This document shows positions 51,978 to 60,472 of a stretch of 64,000 nucleotides of DNA, one piece after another (positions within the stretch are counted from its first letter, which is position 1; each line of letters opens with the position of its first letter). The stretch lies in the IMG/VR virus record IMGVR_UViG_3300010158_000055. The stretch is one strand, 5' to 3'. The DNA comes from an uncultured virus (IMG/VR IMGVR_UViG_3300010158_000055) (taxonomy: Duplodnaviria; Heunggongvirae; Uroviricota; Caudoviricetes). The position numbers and the translations under genes were made by a program. Below the pieces are notes generated by a model. That model saw only the letters and a program-made list of their open reading frames with translations, had not been told where the DNA came from and searched no databases.

Positions 51978-52024
51978 ACAAGAAAGAGTATGTAAATGTA
52001 TTTAGTTTGCACTGTGAGGGTAAC

Positions 52025-52046
52025 AAAAAACCCGCCGAAGCGGGTT
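52025..52046 (-). terminator. tmRNA intrinsic terminator
   Basis: aacccgc-ttcg-gcgggtt-tttt on minus strand. Confidence 0.9.
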
Positions 52047-52352
52047 CTGCTATTTTTGGTAATAAGGTATAACTACCCCAGAGATCATGCCGCTAGGGCG
52101 TAAACCTCATCATTAGATGCGTTTGCATTTATCGATTTGCTTGATTTACAGTCATCGCCTACTGTGTTGCCGTCTCCATTACCTACCCCTGTCGAAACCA
52201 TGGCTGGCCCATCAGAAGAAAACTCAGATCCTTTCACGGTTGGCTCCATTACTGGTTGGCCGCAGTATGCATCCTGCTGAATTTTCTTTTGGTGGACCAG
52301 GCGGGAGTCGAACCCGCGTCCAGAAGTCCTTCACTTTGAAGGAATTACAACA
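52047..52352 (-). ncRNA. ssrA: Circularly permuted (two-piece) tmRNA
   Basis: Acceptor piece first (GACGCGGG-TTCGACT-CCCGC-CTGGTCC-A-CCA, ends 52290), 79-nt spacer, then coding piece from GGGCCAG at 52210; G3:U70 pair; tag ANASNDEVYALAA* at 52126-52085. Outer ends approximate. Confidence 0.93.
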
Positions 52353-52358
52353 ATTCTT

Positions 52359-52505
52359 TTAATTATAACCACGTATGACATTGTTGTCAATGGGTGGATT
52401 TGATCTTGCCAATTCTCGTTTAACAGCTTCTTGATGTTGCTGTTCTTTTTTCTGCTTGTTCTGTTCAAACTTCTGAAGTATCACAACTTCTTCTTTGTGT
52501 GGCAT
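52359..52505 (-). CDS. Small charged ORF (48 aa, MPHKEEVV...)
   Basis: Hand-translated; CTAAATA upstream; overlaps the tmRNA promoter. Confidence 0.4.
   Translation of the reverse strand: MPHKEEVVILQKFEQNKQKKEQQHQEAVKRELARSNPPIDNNVIRGYN
52362..52390 (-). promoter_or_regulatory. Consensus sigma70 promoter for tmRNA
   Basis: TTGACA-17-TATAAT. Confidence 0.9.
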
Positions 52506-52521
52506 AGTATAACTATTTAGT

Positions 52522-52678
52522 ATAGATAAATGCAGGAGTGTCGTATTTCGGAGTCTTCCGCTAAGAAGTCCTTAACCATTGACACGGTTATGTCAGGACT
52601 GTGTGATGGTCCACTCAGCCCGCCTAGTCAACACGTCTGTCAACGATACCCGTAGTTTCCTCTCCTACACTTACCTAT
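52522..52678 (-). ncRNA. Unrecognised ~155-nt structured RNA
   Basis: 17-bp closing stem whose three non-WC pairs are all G:U on the minus strand; several internal hairpins. Confidence 0.6.
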
Positions 52679-52687
52679 TCTAGATAG

Positions 52688-52806
52688 GATCCCGGGGGGT
52701 TCGAGTCTCACCGGGGTCGACATGCAAGTTTTGTAGACGTTGTTTCAAGCGAGCGAATTTCTTCGCCTCTACCGGAAGGCATCTCCCTTTCGCTGATACC
52801 GGCTTA
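52688..52806 (-). ncRNA. Unrecognised structured RNA motif, copy B
   Basis: Same core boxes as copy A; variable arm expanded with a GCGAA-GAAA-TTCGC tetraloop hairpin. Confidence 0.7.
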
Positions 52807-53139
52807 TTCGCCCATTACTTCCTGTGCAATAGCACGAGCCTTAATGGCTTCTAAACTTGGCTTGGCAATTTTGGTCTTGGTTGACTTGACCACTGCTGAA
52901 CCGTTGTACTTTTCATCAGCGGCATCAATCGCGGCACGATAATCTGCATTGGCATACAACTCAGTACCTTTTAAGAAAGTTACCAACTCGCCTTTGGTCA
53001 TTGCTGAAGGCAAATCCATAAGATTGATATCGCTATCAGTTTTTGCCAAGATTTTAACACGAGTCATGTCATTCGCAAAACGAACTTTGTACTGACCTTG
53101 AGTCTTGCTAACACCACCTACTTTGAACTGTTTGTCCAT
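52804..53139 (-). CDS. Conserved hypothetical protein
   Basis: KVRFAND..RVK.L motif; AGGAG RBS; promoter TTGACC-17-TACAAT at 53199-53227. Confidence 0.7.
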   Translation of the reverse strand: MDKQFKVGGVSKTQGQYKVRFANDMTRVKILAKTDSDINLMDLPSAMTKGELVTFLKGTELYANADYRAAIDAADEKYNGSAVVKSTKTKIAKPSLEAIKARAIAQEVMGE

Positions 53140-53517
53140 TTTTTACTACTCCTATTTAAAAGTTGAAAATACAATACCAACACACTTGGTATATTCTAAT
53201 TGTAGTTGATTTTGAATTATTGGTCAACTCGAATTGGAATTTGGTTTGTCCGAAATTATCTTAACCAAATATACAACGGACGGTCATCTTGTGATTCTAC
53301 TGTAACTATTTCTACTTCTGGTTCCAGTTCCGGCAAATCTTCTTCATCCGCTTCACGCTGGTATTCGGGATCTTCGTAATTGTATGCAAATGTCATTTCG
53401 ATGCCTCCTTGGCCACTGCCTGTACTTTGTTGACACCGTTGTCAAACATTCTAGCAATGCCAGAAAACCCCACTGTGCAGACCACAATGCCCACCACTAC
53501 ACCTAGTATAAATTTAC

Positions 53518-53967
53518 TCACCATGCCTCCTCTGTATGCAACTTCATTAAAAGTTCTTGTTCTATTGCTTCATGTAACGGTGTAAAATCCCCACCTTGAC
53601 TCACATACCAAATACCTGCATCATACAGGTAAAAGTACTCGCAACCGCTGAATTTAGAGATCCAGTCCTGTTCGTTGGGGTGAGTGCAGAATGTGTTTGC
53701 TTCATCACCATCTCTATTATAAAAGGTACACTCAGTACTAAAACCATCACTATCATTACCTGGCTTAAAGGTGAAGTCATGTTGCTCACCTATTGCCACA
53801 CCTAAACTTGAGACATCGCCCATGCTGATCAACTTGTTCACCTTGGGACTGGCTTGGTAGTGACGGTCCAACAGTCGCCCCACATAACCTATGTATCCAT
53901 CCCAATGACAGTACACTGCCTTGATCACTGTGCCATGTCGAATGGCAATCGAACTTCTTGTACTCAT
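53518..53967 (-). CDS. Conserved hypothetical phage protein
   Basis: MSTRS.I...YCHWDGY, EYFYL motifs. Confidence 0.7.
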   Translation of the reverse strand: MSTRSSIAIRHGTVIKAVYCHWDGYIGYVGRLLDRHYQASPKVNKLISMGDVSSLGVAIGEQHDFTFKPGNDSDGFSTECTFYNRDGDEANTFCTHPNEQDWISKFSGCEYFYLYDAGIWYVSQGGDFTPLHEAIEQELLMKLHTEEAW

Positions 53968-54210
53968 TCTTCAATCCTTCCCATGGCCACCACAAGTATC
54001 AGCACCAAGGCCGCTATTACAAATCCAAATCCGTATACTAAAATTTCACTCATTGCACTGACTCCTGTAATATTAATTCAGCAAATCGAATGTCGGCCCA
54101 ATGATTGACTGAACCATGATAAGGTTGGCCAGCTGATTCCAGTTCCTCCAATTTTTCTTGAGCCCAGGCACAGGCCTGAGTCTTGAGATCCCATATTCTT
54201 TGATCAAACA

Positions 54211-54950
54211 TTATGCACACTCCTGGTCTATGTCGTGTTGCACTATTGACATTGCAATGTTTAACTCCCCAGATGCTTTGCCGAGAGTATGCCTCAACGC
54301 TGTGTTATAGTGCTGGGGATACTGTCTGGCCAGTTCCAACCGAAGTGTGTGGAGTTGCTCCTTGACAGCCTCTATCTTGTTGTACATTTCAATCATACTG
54401 CCTCCAACATGTTGCCAGGTACACGGTACACGCCCATTGGTGTGCGAACGTTGATGTATTTCACTGCAACTTTTTCCACAGTGCCTTGATAAGTTCTGCC
54501 GTCTCGGTTGCTGGTAAATTTTACCAAGTCGCCCCTCATGAATGCACGAACATTTCTACGAGTGAGTTGAGTCCGTGCATATTTCAGTGCTTCAACTATC
54601 ACATCCAGGTCAGCGTTTTCAAATTGTCCGCTGAGTAATGCCGATCTAATGTCTGATACTGTTGTCATATCTGCTCCTTAAGAATAAAAAGATTCATTAA
54701 AATTTAATGCTGAATAAACTGCTTCACGTACTGCTGTGTCTGTGGCTTCGTTGGCTGTTTTAGGATGAGCTTGAGCCAAAAGAATTAAATGACGTTGCAC
54801 AGTGTTCCAATCCCAGGCTTGTTTTTCTGCCGCCTGCACCACACCATGTACCAATTGATTGCCACGATGCGAAAACATGGCATAGTCCGGAACAGGGTTG
54901 ACGCCTAGTGGAGTCATGCCCGATAATGCTGATGTTTGTGGTGTTTTCAT
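54211..54950 (-). other. Three small hypothetical early genes (54211-54396, 54393-54668, 54678-54950)
   Basis: Tiled ORFs with GGAG RBS. Confidence 0.6.
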
Positions 54951-55148
54951 ATTATAACTGCTCCTTGATGTTGGAAATCATGGCACGAATACGTTGATAG
55001 TCAGATTCTTCTCTACGTTTGCTGACCAATGCTTGGTTGGCTAAATCTTCACGCAAGGCCTCTAAAACCAATTCCGCTTGACGCGGGGTTAAATCTAATA
55101 CAACTCTTTTTGCTATCATTTCAATTCCTTTTTATTAACAATACAACT

Positions 55149-55183
55149 AGTATAAACTATAGTGAATTCTGGGTCAACCAAAA
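55149..55183 (-). promoter_or_regulatory. Early promoter cassette
   Basis: TTTTGGTTGACC-17-TATACT. Confidence 0.8.
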
Positions 55184-55195
55184 ATTGTTGCGTAT

Positions 55196-55423
55196 TTACA
55201 ACAGTTTTATCAGTAATCCCACGGTGTAAATCATCAATAATCCAGCATTTACTGTGATCATTGCTCTATCACGTATTAAAATGCTCCAGATCAAGAATAA
55301 AAAACTGCCCAAATTCAGCACAAGGGCCGAGGCAGGATAAATGTTTAGACTGGCCAACACAGCACCTGTTAAGGTAACTGCTGTGGCAGTCCATTTGATA
55401 GTTGTTGCAATGTTTGATTTCAT
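55196..55423 (-). CDS. Small three-TM membrane protein
   Basis: Hydrophobic; ATG 6 nt after the -10 box. Confidence 0.65.
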   Translation of the reverse strand: MKSNIATTIKWTATAVTLTGAVLASLNIYPASALVLNLGSFLFLIWSILIRDRAMITVNAGLLMIYTVGLLIKLL

Positions 55424-55429
55424 ACTGCT

Positions 55430-55464
55430 ATTATAGCAGTTGGGGAATTATGGGTCAACCAAAA
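55430..55464 (-). promoter_or_regulatory. Early promoter cassette
   Basis: TTTTGGTTGACC-17-TATAAT; 35/37 identical to the copy at 63449-63485. Confidence 0.85.
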
Positions 55465-55465
55465 T

Positions 55466-57604
55466 TTACATTGTAAACAAGGGTCCGGACAGCACACGGG
55501 CACTGTCTTCCACACGTAAGTGACGGTTCAAGTTTTCAATGAACTTGTCTGTCATGTCTCGATTTCTATAGTATCTTGGGAATATGTGTACTTCAACAGC
55601 ATCATCGCCTTCCAACTGCAACACCGCTGTCATTCTATTTCTTCCTTCATGCTGACTCACCTGTGCAGGTTCTGAGAAATCGCCCTGACTCCATGCATCG
55701 GGAATGTCCACTGTTAAAAATGGCGAAGCAATGGCTCCACCGTCGGCAATGTATCGCATGATGGTGGATCGATGGAAATCATTCAAGGGAGCTGCTAACT
55801 TCAAGAACACACTGGGTCGCATTTTGACACGCAGGCCAAAATAGTCCACCTCCATGTTGTGTGGTACAACACCGGCGCCACTGTTGTTGTCAATAACAAC
55901 TTCGTTGACTGTATTGCTTTGTGATATACGAAATATCGAATACAATATGGGATAGTCATCACTGCCTGTTATGCCTTGTTTGATAGGCTGACCACCGTTT
56001 TCTCTAGCAACAAAATCGGCAAACACCTGTTGGAAAACTTTTTCTGGATCTTCTTGGTAATCACTGCTGGTTTGACAGTCATCTGTAAATCCTTCAAAAT
56101 GCACACGATATTCACCAAATTCTTCAACTCCAACGTCATCGGGAGTAAGCTCGCCAATGAACTCTTCAATTTCCTTCCAATCCATGGTGGATTCTGTTAT
56201 TTCCTCATCTCCATCAACATCTTCTCTACCTGTGACATGTATGTCTCTAGCATGGAATGGAATCCAATCTCCCAGTCTGGGATCATGGATGCTGTCGTAG
56301 CCTTGTTCGATCAGACTTGCATATTTTTGCAACATATCGTTTGGCTCATCTTTGCCCTTGACAATCACATAGGGATTTTTACATGTCAATGTGGCACTGT
56401 ATACATAACCATCAGCACCACCTTGTGTGGCATAGTACTCAGCAGTGTCTCGATCTTCGGTCCACCACATGGGTGTGATTAATTCTCTATGTATGCCACC
56501 TTGGTTGCCGTGATACACTGTGACCGGGGCAACTGCTTGTTCGTTCAACTGCATCTGTTTGGCCACCGCAGTAGCCCGTTCCACGTCCTGCATGTCAAAG
56601 GGCTTGAGTTCACCACGCCATATCAGTCGTTTGATTTCAGCCCAGTCCATGTCAACAAATTGTGTATCTTCCACACCAACCTCATTGGGGCCCACTAGTT
56701 GTTGTTCTGAATCAAATCTTCCTCGACAATCGTAAGCGGCACCATCGGGAGCCACTGCATACACATGGTCAACTCTATAGTCGTCATCGTCTTCGGCATC
56801 TTCATCCCAACCTATGTGGGCACGTAGTTGCCAGTCTGGGTGTATTCTTTTCAATGCCAGAGCCATCACATGGCAGTGACCCCTCATGTAGTCTTGTTTA
56901 GATTCCTTCAGGCTCAATGCTGAATCCTGTTGATTTAAATAGGCTTGGTTGAGCTGATCTAAATAACCTTGATTGCGTAGTATTTTAAATGCTAGATTCT
57001 CAACACCAAATTCTCCTTCACGGTCCAGGCCCGATCTACGCATGATGCGAAGTCGATCTCTAATACGTTTTAAATCCGCAGGATCATCTGCTGTGGCAAT
57101 GGCCACTGTGATTTGTTTGATGAGATCGGTCACTTTGGCATTCACTGCTGTGTTGTTGATTGTAGGTGGATTGTATTCAGGTTCTTTGATCCAAGCATCG
57201 TTGAGTAAACTGTATACTCCGCCCGACACCGGTGGGGTGGCTGTATCTTCTATGTACAATTCCACTTCATGTCCACGTATGGAGATGTCGTGTTGATTGT
57301 TCCAGATATCTTTTTTGGCACGGTATAATGCTTCTGCAACATCGTCACATTGCAAGTCATTATAGTTGGTGACCACATGCAGGTCAAAGTCCGAATATTG
57401 TGTATAGTTGTAGTTGGCCATACTGCCGGTCAACACTATGTCCTGCACTTCAAAGTTGGGTATTTCTAAATAATGTTCAAATATTTCTGCAATCTTCAAC
57501 AGGTGTTCACGCACTTCGGGTCTTAGATCATTGCCACGCCAGGCCACTGGGTTCAACTGTTGATGATAGGCTATGTTGCGTTTGACGAAATCTCGAGCTC
57601 GCAT
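55466..57604 (-). CDS. Multi-domain protein: pol-beta-type nucleotidyltransferase plus about four further modules
   Basis: LTGS...SDFDLH; VYHG...WWT..A..YA (ART-like); HEGRNR (ParB-like). Confidence 0.75.
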   Translation of the reverse strand: MRARDFVKRNIAYHQQLNPVAWRGNDLRPEVREHLLKIAEIFEHYLEIPNFEVQDIVLTGSMANYNYTQYSDFDLHVVTNYNDLQCDDVAEALYRAKKDIWNNQHDISIRGHEVELYIEDTATPPVSGGVYSLLNDAWIKEPEYNPPTINNTAVNAKVTDLIKQITVAIATADDPADLKRIRDRLRIMRRSGLDREGEFGVENLAFKILRNQGYLDQLNQAYLNQQDSALSLKESKQDYMRGHCHVMALALKRIHPDWQLRAHIGWDEDAEDDDDYRVDHVYAVAPDGAAYDCRGRFDSEQQLVGPNEVGVEDTQFVDMDWAEIKRLIWRGELKPFDMQDVERATAVAKQMQLNEQAVAPVTVYHGNQGGIHRELITPMWWTEDRDTAEYYATQGGADGYVYSATLTCKNPYVIVKGKDEPNDMLQKYASLIEQGYDSIHDPRLGDWIPFHARDIHVTGREDVDGDEEITESTMDWKEIEEFIGELTPDDVGVEEFGEYRVHFEGFTDDCQTSSDYQEDPEKVFQQVFADFVARENGGQPIKQGITGSDDYPILYSIFRISQSNTVNEVVIDNNSGAGVVPHNMEVDYFGLRVKMRPSVFLKLAAPLNDFHRSTIMRYIADGGAIASPFLTVDIPDAWSQGDFSEPAQVSQHEGRNRMTAVLQLEGDDAVEVHIFPRYYRNRDMTDKFIENLNRHLRVEDSARVLSGPLFTM

Positions 57605-58323
57605 TATTGACCTAAATTAAATCGCATGCCAGTGGCTTGTTCCACTGCAGACACAGGTACTTGATAATTGGGCCAACTGGTTGCTGGAACAATCGGTGCA
57701 TTTGGCATCAGGTATGCTTGTACCTGGCCGCTGTTCTTTTCAATGATGATCTTATACAAACGTGTGGGAATTCCTAAGCCATTGCCCACCGTAGGATGAT
57801 CTTGATCAAATACACCACCGGAGATGATGTAGAAATCTGTGCCCGGAGTCATGGCCCATTGGCGTTCAGCTGTTTCCAGCAAGCGCCATCCACCTCTGTT
57901 GTTGTTTGCATTTTGAGCCACCATGTTTGATAAGTTAAAACTCTCTGACATGATGGCATCGTTTTGTGTGTTGTTACCAGCCGGCGCCATGTGTCCTCTA
58001 TCATGTGTCTTGCCAACCACAGCATAGTCGGCCAGGCTGGCACTGCATTCCGGAGTCACTGCGGCATCGGGGTGGAAGTTATCTCGACGTTTTGCTGGAC
58101 CGGTCATTGCGGCTATGGTTAAATGCTCAAACACTGCTATGGGGGCCTTGACACTACAACGATGGATCACAGCATAGTTCATGTGGCAAATTTCTTGATC
58201 TCCGGGCTGTGCTCGATATTGCGGAGTTCCGTTCACAGTGAACTGCGGGCATTGGGCATTGATCTGTGCTTGCGCCAGTCCTGTTGCAACTAGTAAAACA
58301 AGTGCTAATAAAAACTTTTTCAT
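57604..58323 (-). CDS. DNA/RNA non-specific endonuclease (NucA-like)
   Basis: Signal peptide, DRGHMAP, SNMVAQ...NRGGW..LE. Confidence 0.9.
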   Translation of the reverse strand: MKKFLLALVLLVATGLAQAQINAQCPQFTVNGTPQYRAQPGDQEICHMNYAVIHRCSVKAPIAVFEHLTIAAMTGPAKRRDNFHPDAAVTPECSASLADYAVVGKTHDRGHMAPAGNNTQNDAIMSESFNLSNMVAQNANNNRGGWRLLETAERQWAMTPGTDFYIISGGVFDQDHPTVGNGLGIPTRLYKIIIEKNSGQVQAYLMPNAPIVPATSWPNYQVPVSAVEQATGMRFNLGQ

Positions 58324-58332
58324 TGACGGTCC

Positions 58333-59478
58333 TTAGTGAAACATTAAAAAACTATTGACGACATCTCGGCGATTTGCAGCTCTGTCACCGTGGCCTGACG
58401 GATATATCACCACGTTCCACCGAGGTGTATCTCCGGGCGGGATCTGTAGCATTTGATCGTAACTGATAATGGTGTCAGCATCAACATGATAGGTGGTGGC
58501 CAAGCGTTGTTTTAATGTCGCCCAACCACCGGGTTTAAACTGTGTACGACCTTCAGCATCTTTAATAGCCTTGCCCTTGGGGTCAACAACAATTAAATCT
58601 CTAAACAAGTCTCTACTAATTGTAGGTGCGTTCTTTACTGTATTGCCGGCGGCCTTGTGAAACTCCACACGTTTTTCTTCACCGCGTTTGGCTCCGCCTG
58701 AGAAGTTGATGATGAAATTGTTGGGTTTATCTCCAGTGGCCACCGAAGCAATTTTAGTATAGGCATAGAACTTGACTTCAGGATTGCTTCGTGCTACACC
58801 GTAGGCCAATTCCAAATATTTTTTACTGAAGAAGTCGCCGGCATCATGCCAACGTATTACTAGTTGTATGCCAAGCCGGTCAGTTTTGGCTTTGATTGTT
58901 TTGATTTCACCGTTGAGCATGTCAGTATAGCCCTTGGCGTCGTTCACTAGGAAGTTCAAGGCCTGTGCTGCACTCATGCTGGAAGCTGGGAACATGGTGT
59001 ACCCGCCCTTGCGAGCATAGCAGAACAGCTGACAAGCACCGGCTCCGGGACAGGTGTTGATTTCTACAAAGTCTCCAGTCTCCTCGTTCACTACAATACC
59101 GCTTAGTGCCGGTAGTGTGAGATCATAAACAATCTCGCCTTCGGTGGCGGATTTTTTCATTTTGTAATTGGTGCCCAGGATGGCTTTGGGCCTACGTGTG
59201 ATCTGTTGTGCTAGATCATCCAAGTCCCATTCAGTACCAGCTTCGTCTTTGGTAATAGCCTTGATGTTGCTGGCATGAATAGTGGGTTTGAATTTGTCTT
59301 GTTTGGTTTTAGTACCTGTTTTAATTCTGTCAGCGTAGCCTTGTAGCTCACTGCGTGGTATCACCTTGTGTGGAGCATCAAGCCCTATGGCTTCATCAAC
59401 TTCGTTGTCAACATGCACTACCCGAACTGGAAATCCACCCAGTGTGGTGGATTCAGTAACAAATTCATATAATCTCAT
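58333..59478 (-). CDS. GP88-like protein
   Basis: CPGAGAC..CYA.KG, RWHDAGDF, FYAYTK motifs. Confidence 0.7.
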   Translation of the reverse strand: MRLYEFVTESTTLGGFPVRVVHVDNEVDEAIGLDAPHKVIPRSELQGYADRIKTGTKTKQDKFKPTIHASNIKAITKDEAGTEWDLDDLAQQITRRPKAILGTNYKMKKSATEGEIVYDLTLPALSGIVVNEETGDFVEINTCPGAGACQLFCYARKGGYTMFPASSMSAAQALNFLVNDAKGYTDMLNGEIKTIKAKTDRLGIQLVIRWHDAGDFFSKKYLELAYGVARSNPEVKFYAYTKIASVATGDKPNNFIINFSGGAKRGEEKRVEFHKAAGNTVKNAPTISRDLFRDLIVVDPKGKAIKDAEGRTQFKPGGWATLKQRLATTYHVDADTIISYDQMLQIPPGDTPRWNVVIYPSGHGDRAANRRDVVNSFLMFH

Positions 59479-59689
59479 TGCAATCGTTCCTAAATATATT
59501 AGTATTTAGTTGATTGCACACAACTGAGGATTGATATTACCGTCGGAATTGGCCCGGATAGTTTAGACGTTGCCACTCTTCATCAGTGACAGGCCACCAG
59601 TTATTTGACACGATATTTTTTTGTAAGTTCATAGTCGACTCTTGCACGGCGAGCTTCTCTAATAGCAGAGAATAAAATAGTTAAAAATT

Positions 59690-59848
59690 TCATAATTTTA
59701 ATCCTCCTGAACGATTTTCGTATTCACGTGTCCAACGTTCAATGTCGGCGGTTGAGTTGGGGTTTTTGCTGATTATAAATGTTTCTAATGCTGATTTAGA
59801 TTGGCCCGTGCTTAACAAGCGATCTAACCATTTCAATAATTGTGTCAT
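59690..59848 (-). CDS. Small hypothetical protein
   Basis: AAGGA RBS before MTQLL; ATAAATA upstream. Confidence 0.55.
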   Translation of the reverse strand: MTQLLKWLDRLLSTGQSKSALETFIISKNPNSTADIERWTREYENRSGGLKL

Positions 59849-59909
59849 TGCTTTTCCTTTGTTGGTAGTTGTATTTATCTCAGTAGAAACCATGAGATAT
59901 ATTACACGT

Positions 59910-60404
59910 TTAACATTTGGAAAAGTCTTGATGTCGAAACCAACGTTTTTGTCCAAAGCTGGTTTTCAGAGTGAGACCGTAGTGTGCAAACTGCTCACGC
60001 CAGGCAAAAAAGCTGGGTCCATGTCCGCCTGACAGTTGATACATCTCTCTACCATGCGAGTCTAAATGTTCCCATCGATATACGTCCCACTGATATTGGT
60101 GCACCATTTCGTGTGCCAGAGTATTCATGAACCACTGCTGGCAAAACCATTTGTCACTGATTTCTATCTTGCAATAACTACCCGACGGCTGTTGGTCCAG
60201 CCACTCGCAACAGCCCCAGATTTTTTTAACTCTGTGTTGTATTATCTCGGGTCTAGTCAATTGATTGTCAAAGCAGTATCTGTTGAGTATTCTATAGGCA
60301 TACAACACGTCTTCATCTGTGGGACGAAAACTTTTACGCCGTTGGTAGGTGATACCAGGAAGTGGTTGTTCCATTATACGTCGTATGGGATTGGGTCTTG
60401 CCAT
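59910..60404 (-). CDS. SprT-like zinc metalloprotease
   Basis: LAHEMVH (HExxH) and HGPSF. Confidence 0.8.
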   Translation of the reverse strand: MARPNPIRRIMEQPLPGITYQRRKSFRPTDEDVLYAYRILNRYCFDNQLTRPEIIQHRVKKIWGCCEWLDQQPSGSYCKIEISDKWFCQQWFMNTLAHEMVHQYQWDVYRWEHLDSHGREMYQLSGGHGPSFFAWREQFAHYGLTLKTSFGQKRWFRHQDFSKC

Positions 60405-60472
60405 AGAAATGCCCCTAACAAAGTATTTATTCTACACTTTATTAAAGGCAAATTACAGCACAAGCGGCACAA

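Noticed and set aside
52290..52325. Stand-alone tRNA gene
   Set aside because: T-arm and CCA belong to the tmRNA acceptor piece; no anticodon arm upstream.
52117..52362. 81-aa plus-strand ORF
   Set aside because: Antisense to tmRNA.
52688..52722. Plus-strand tRNA minihelix-like hairpin (GATCCCG-GGGGG-TTCGAGT-CTCAC-CGGGGTC)
   Set aside because: No D or anticodon arm, no CCA, T-stem mismatch; better explained as the last hairpin of the minus-strand motif shared with 47549-47660.
52522..52803. RNase P RNA, hammerhead ribozyme or fluoride riboswitch
   Set aside because: Only partial word matches; no CUGANGA core, and helix order does not fit these families.
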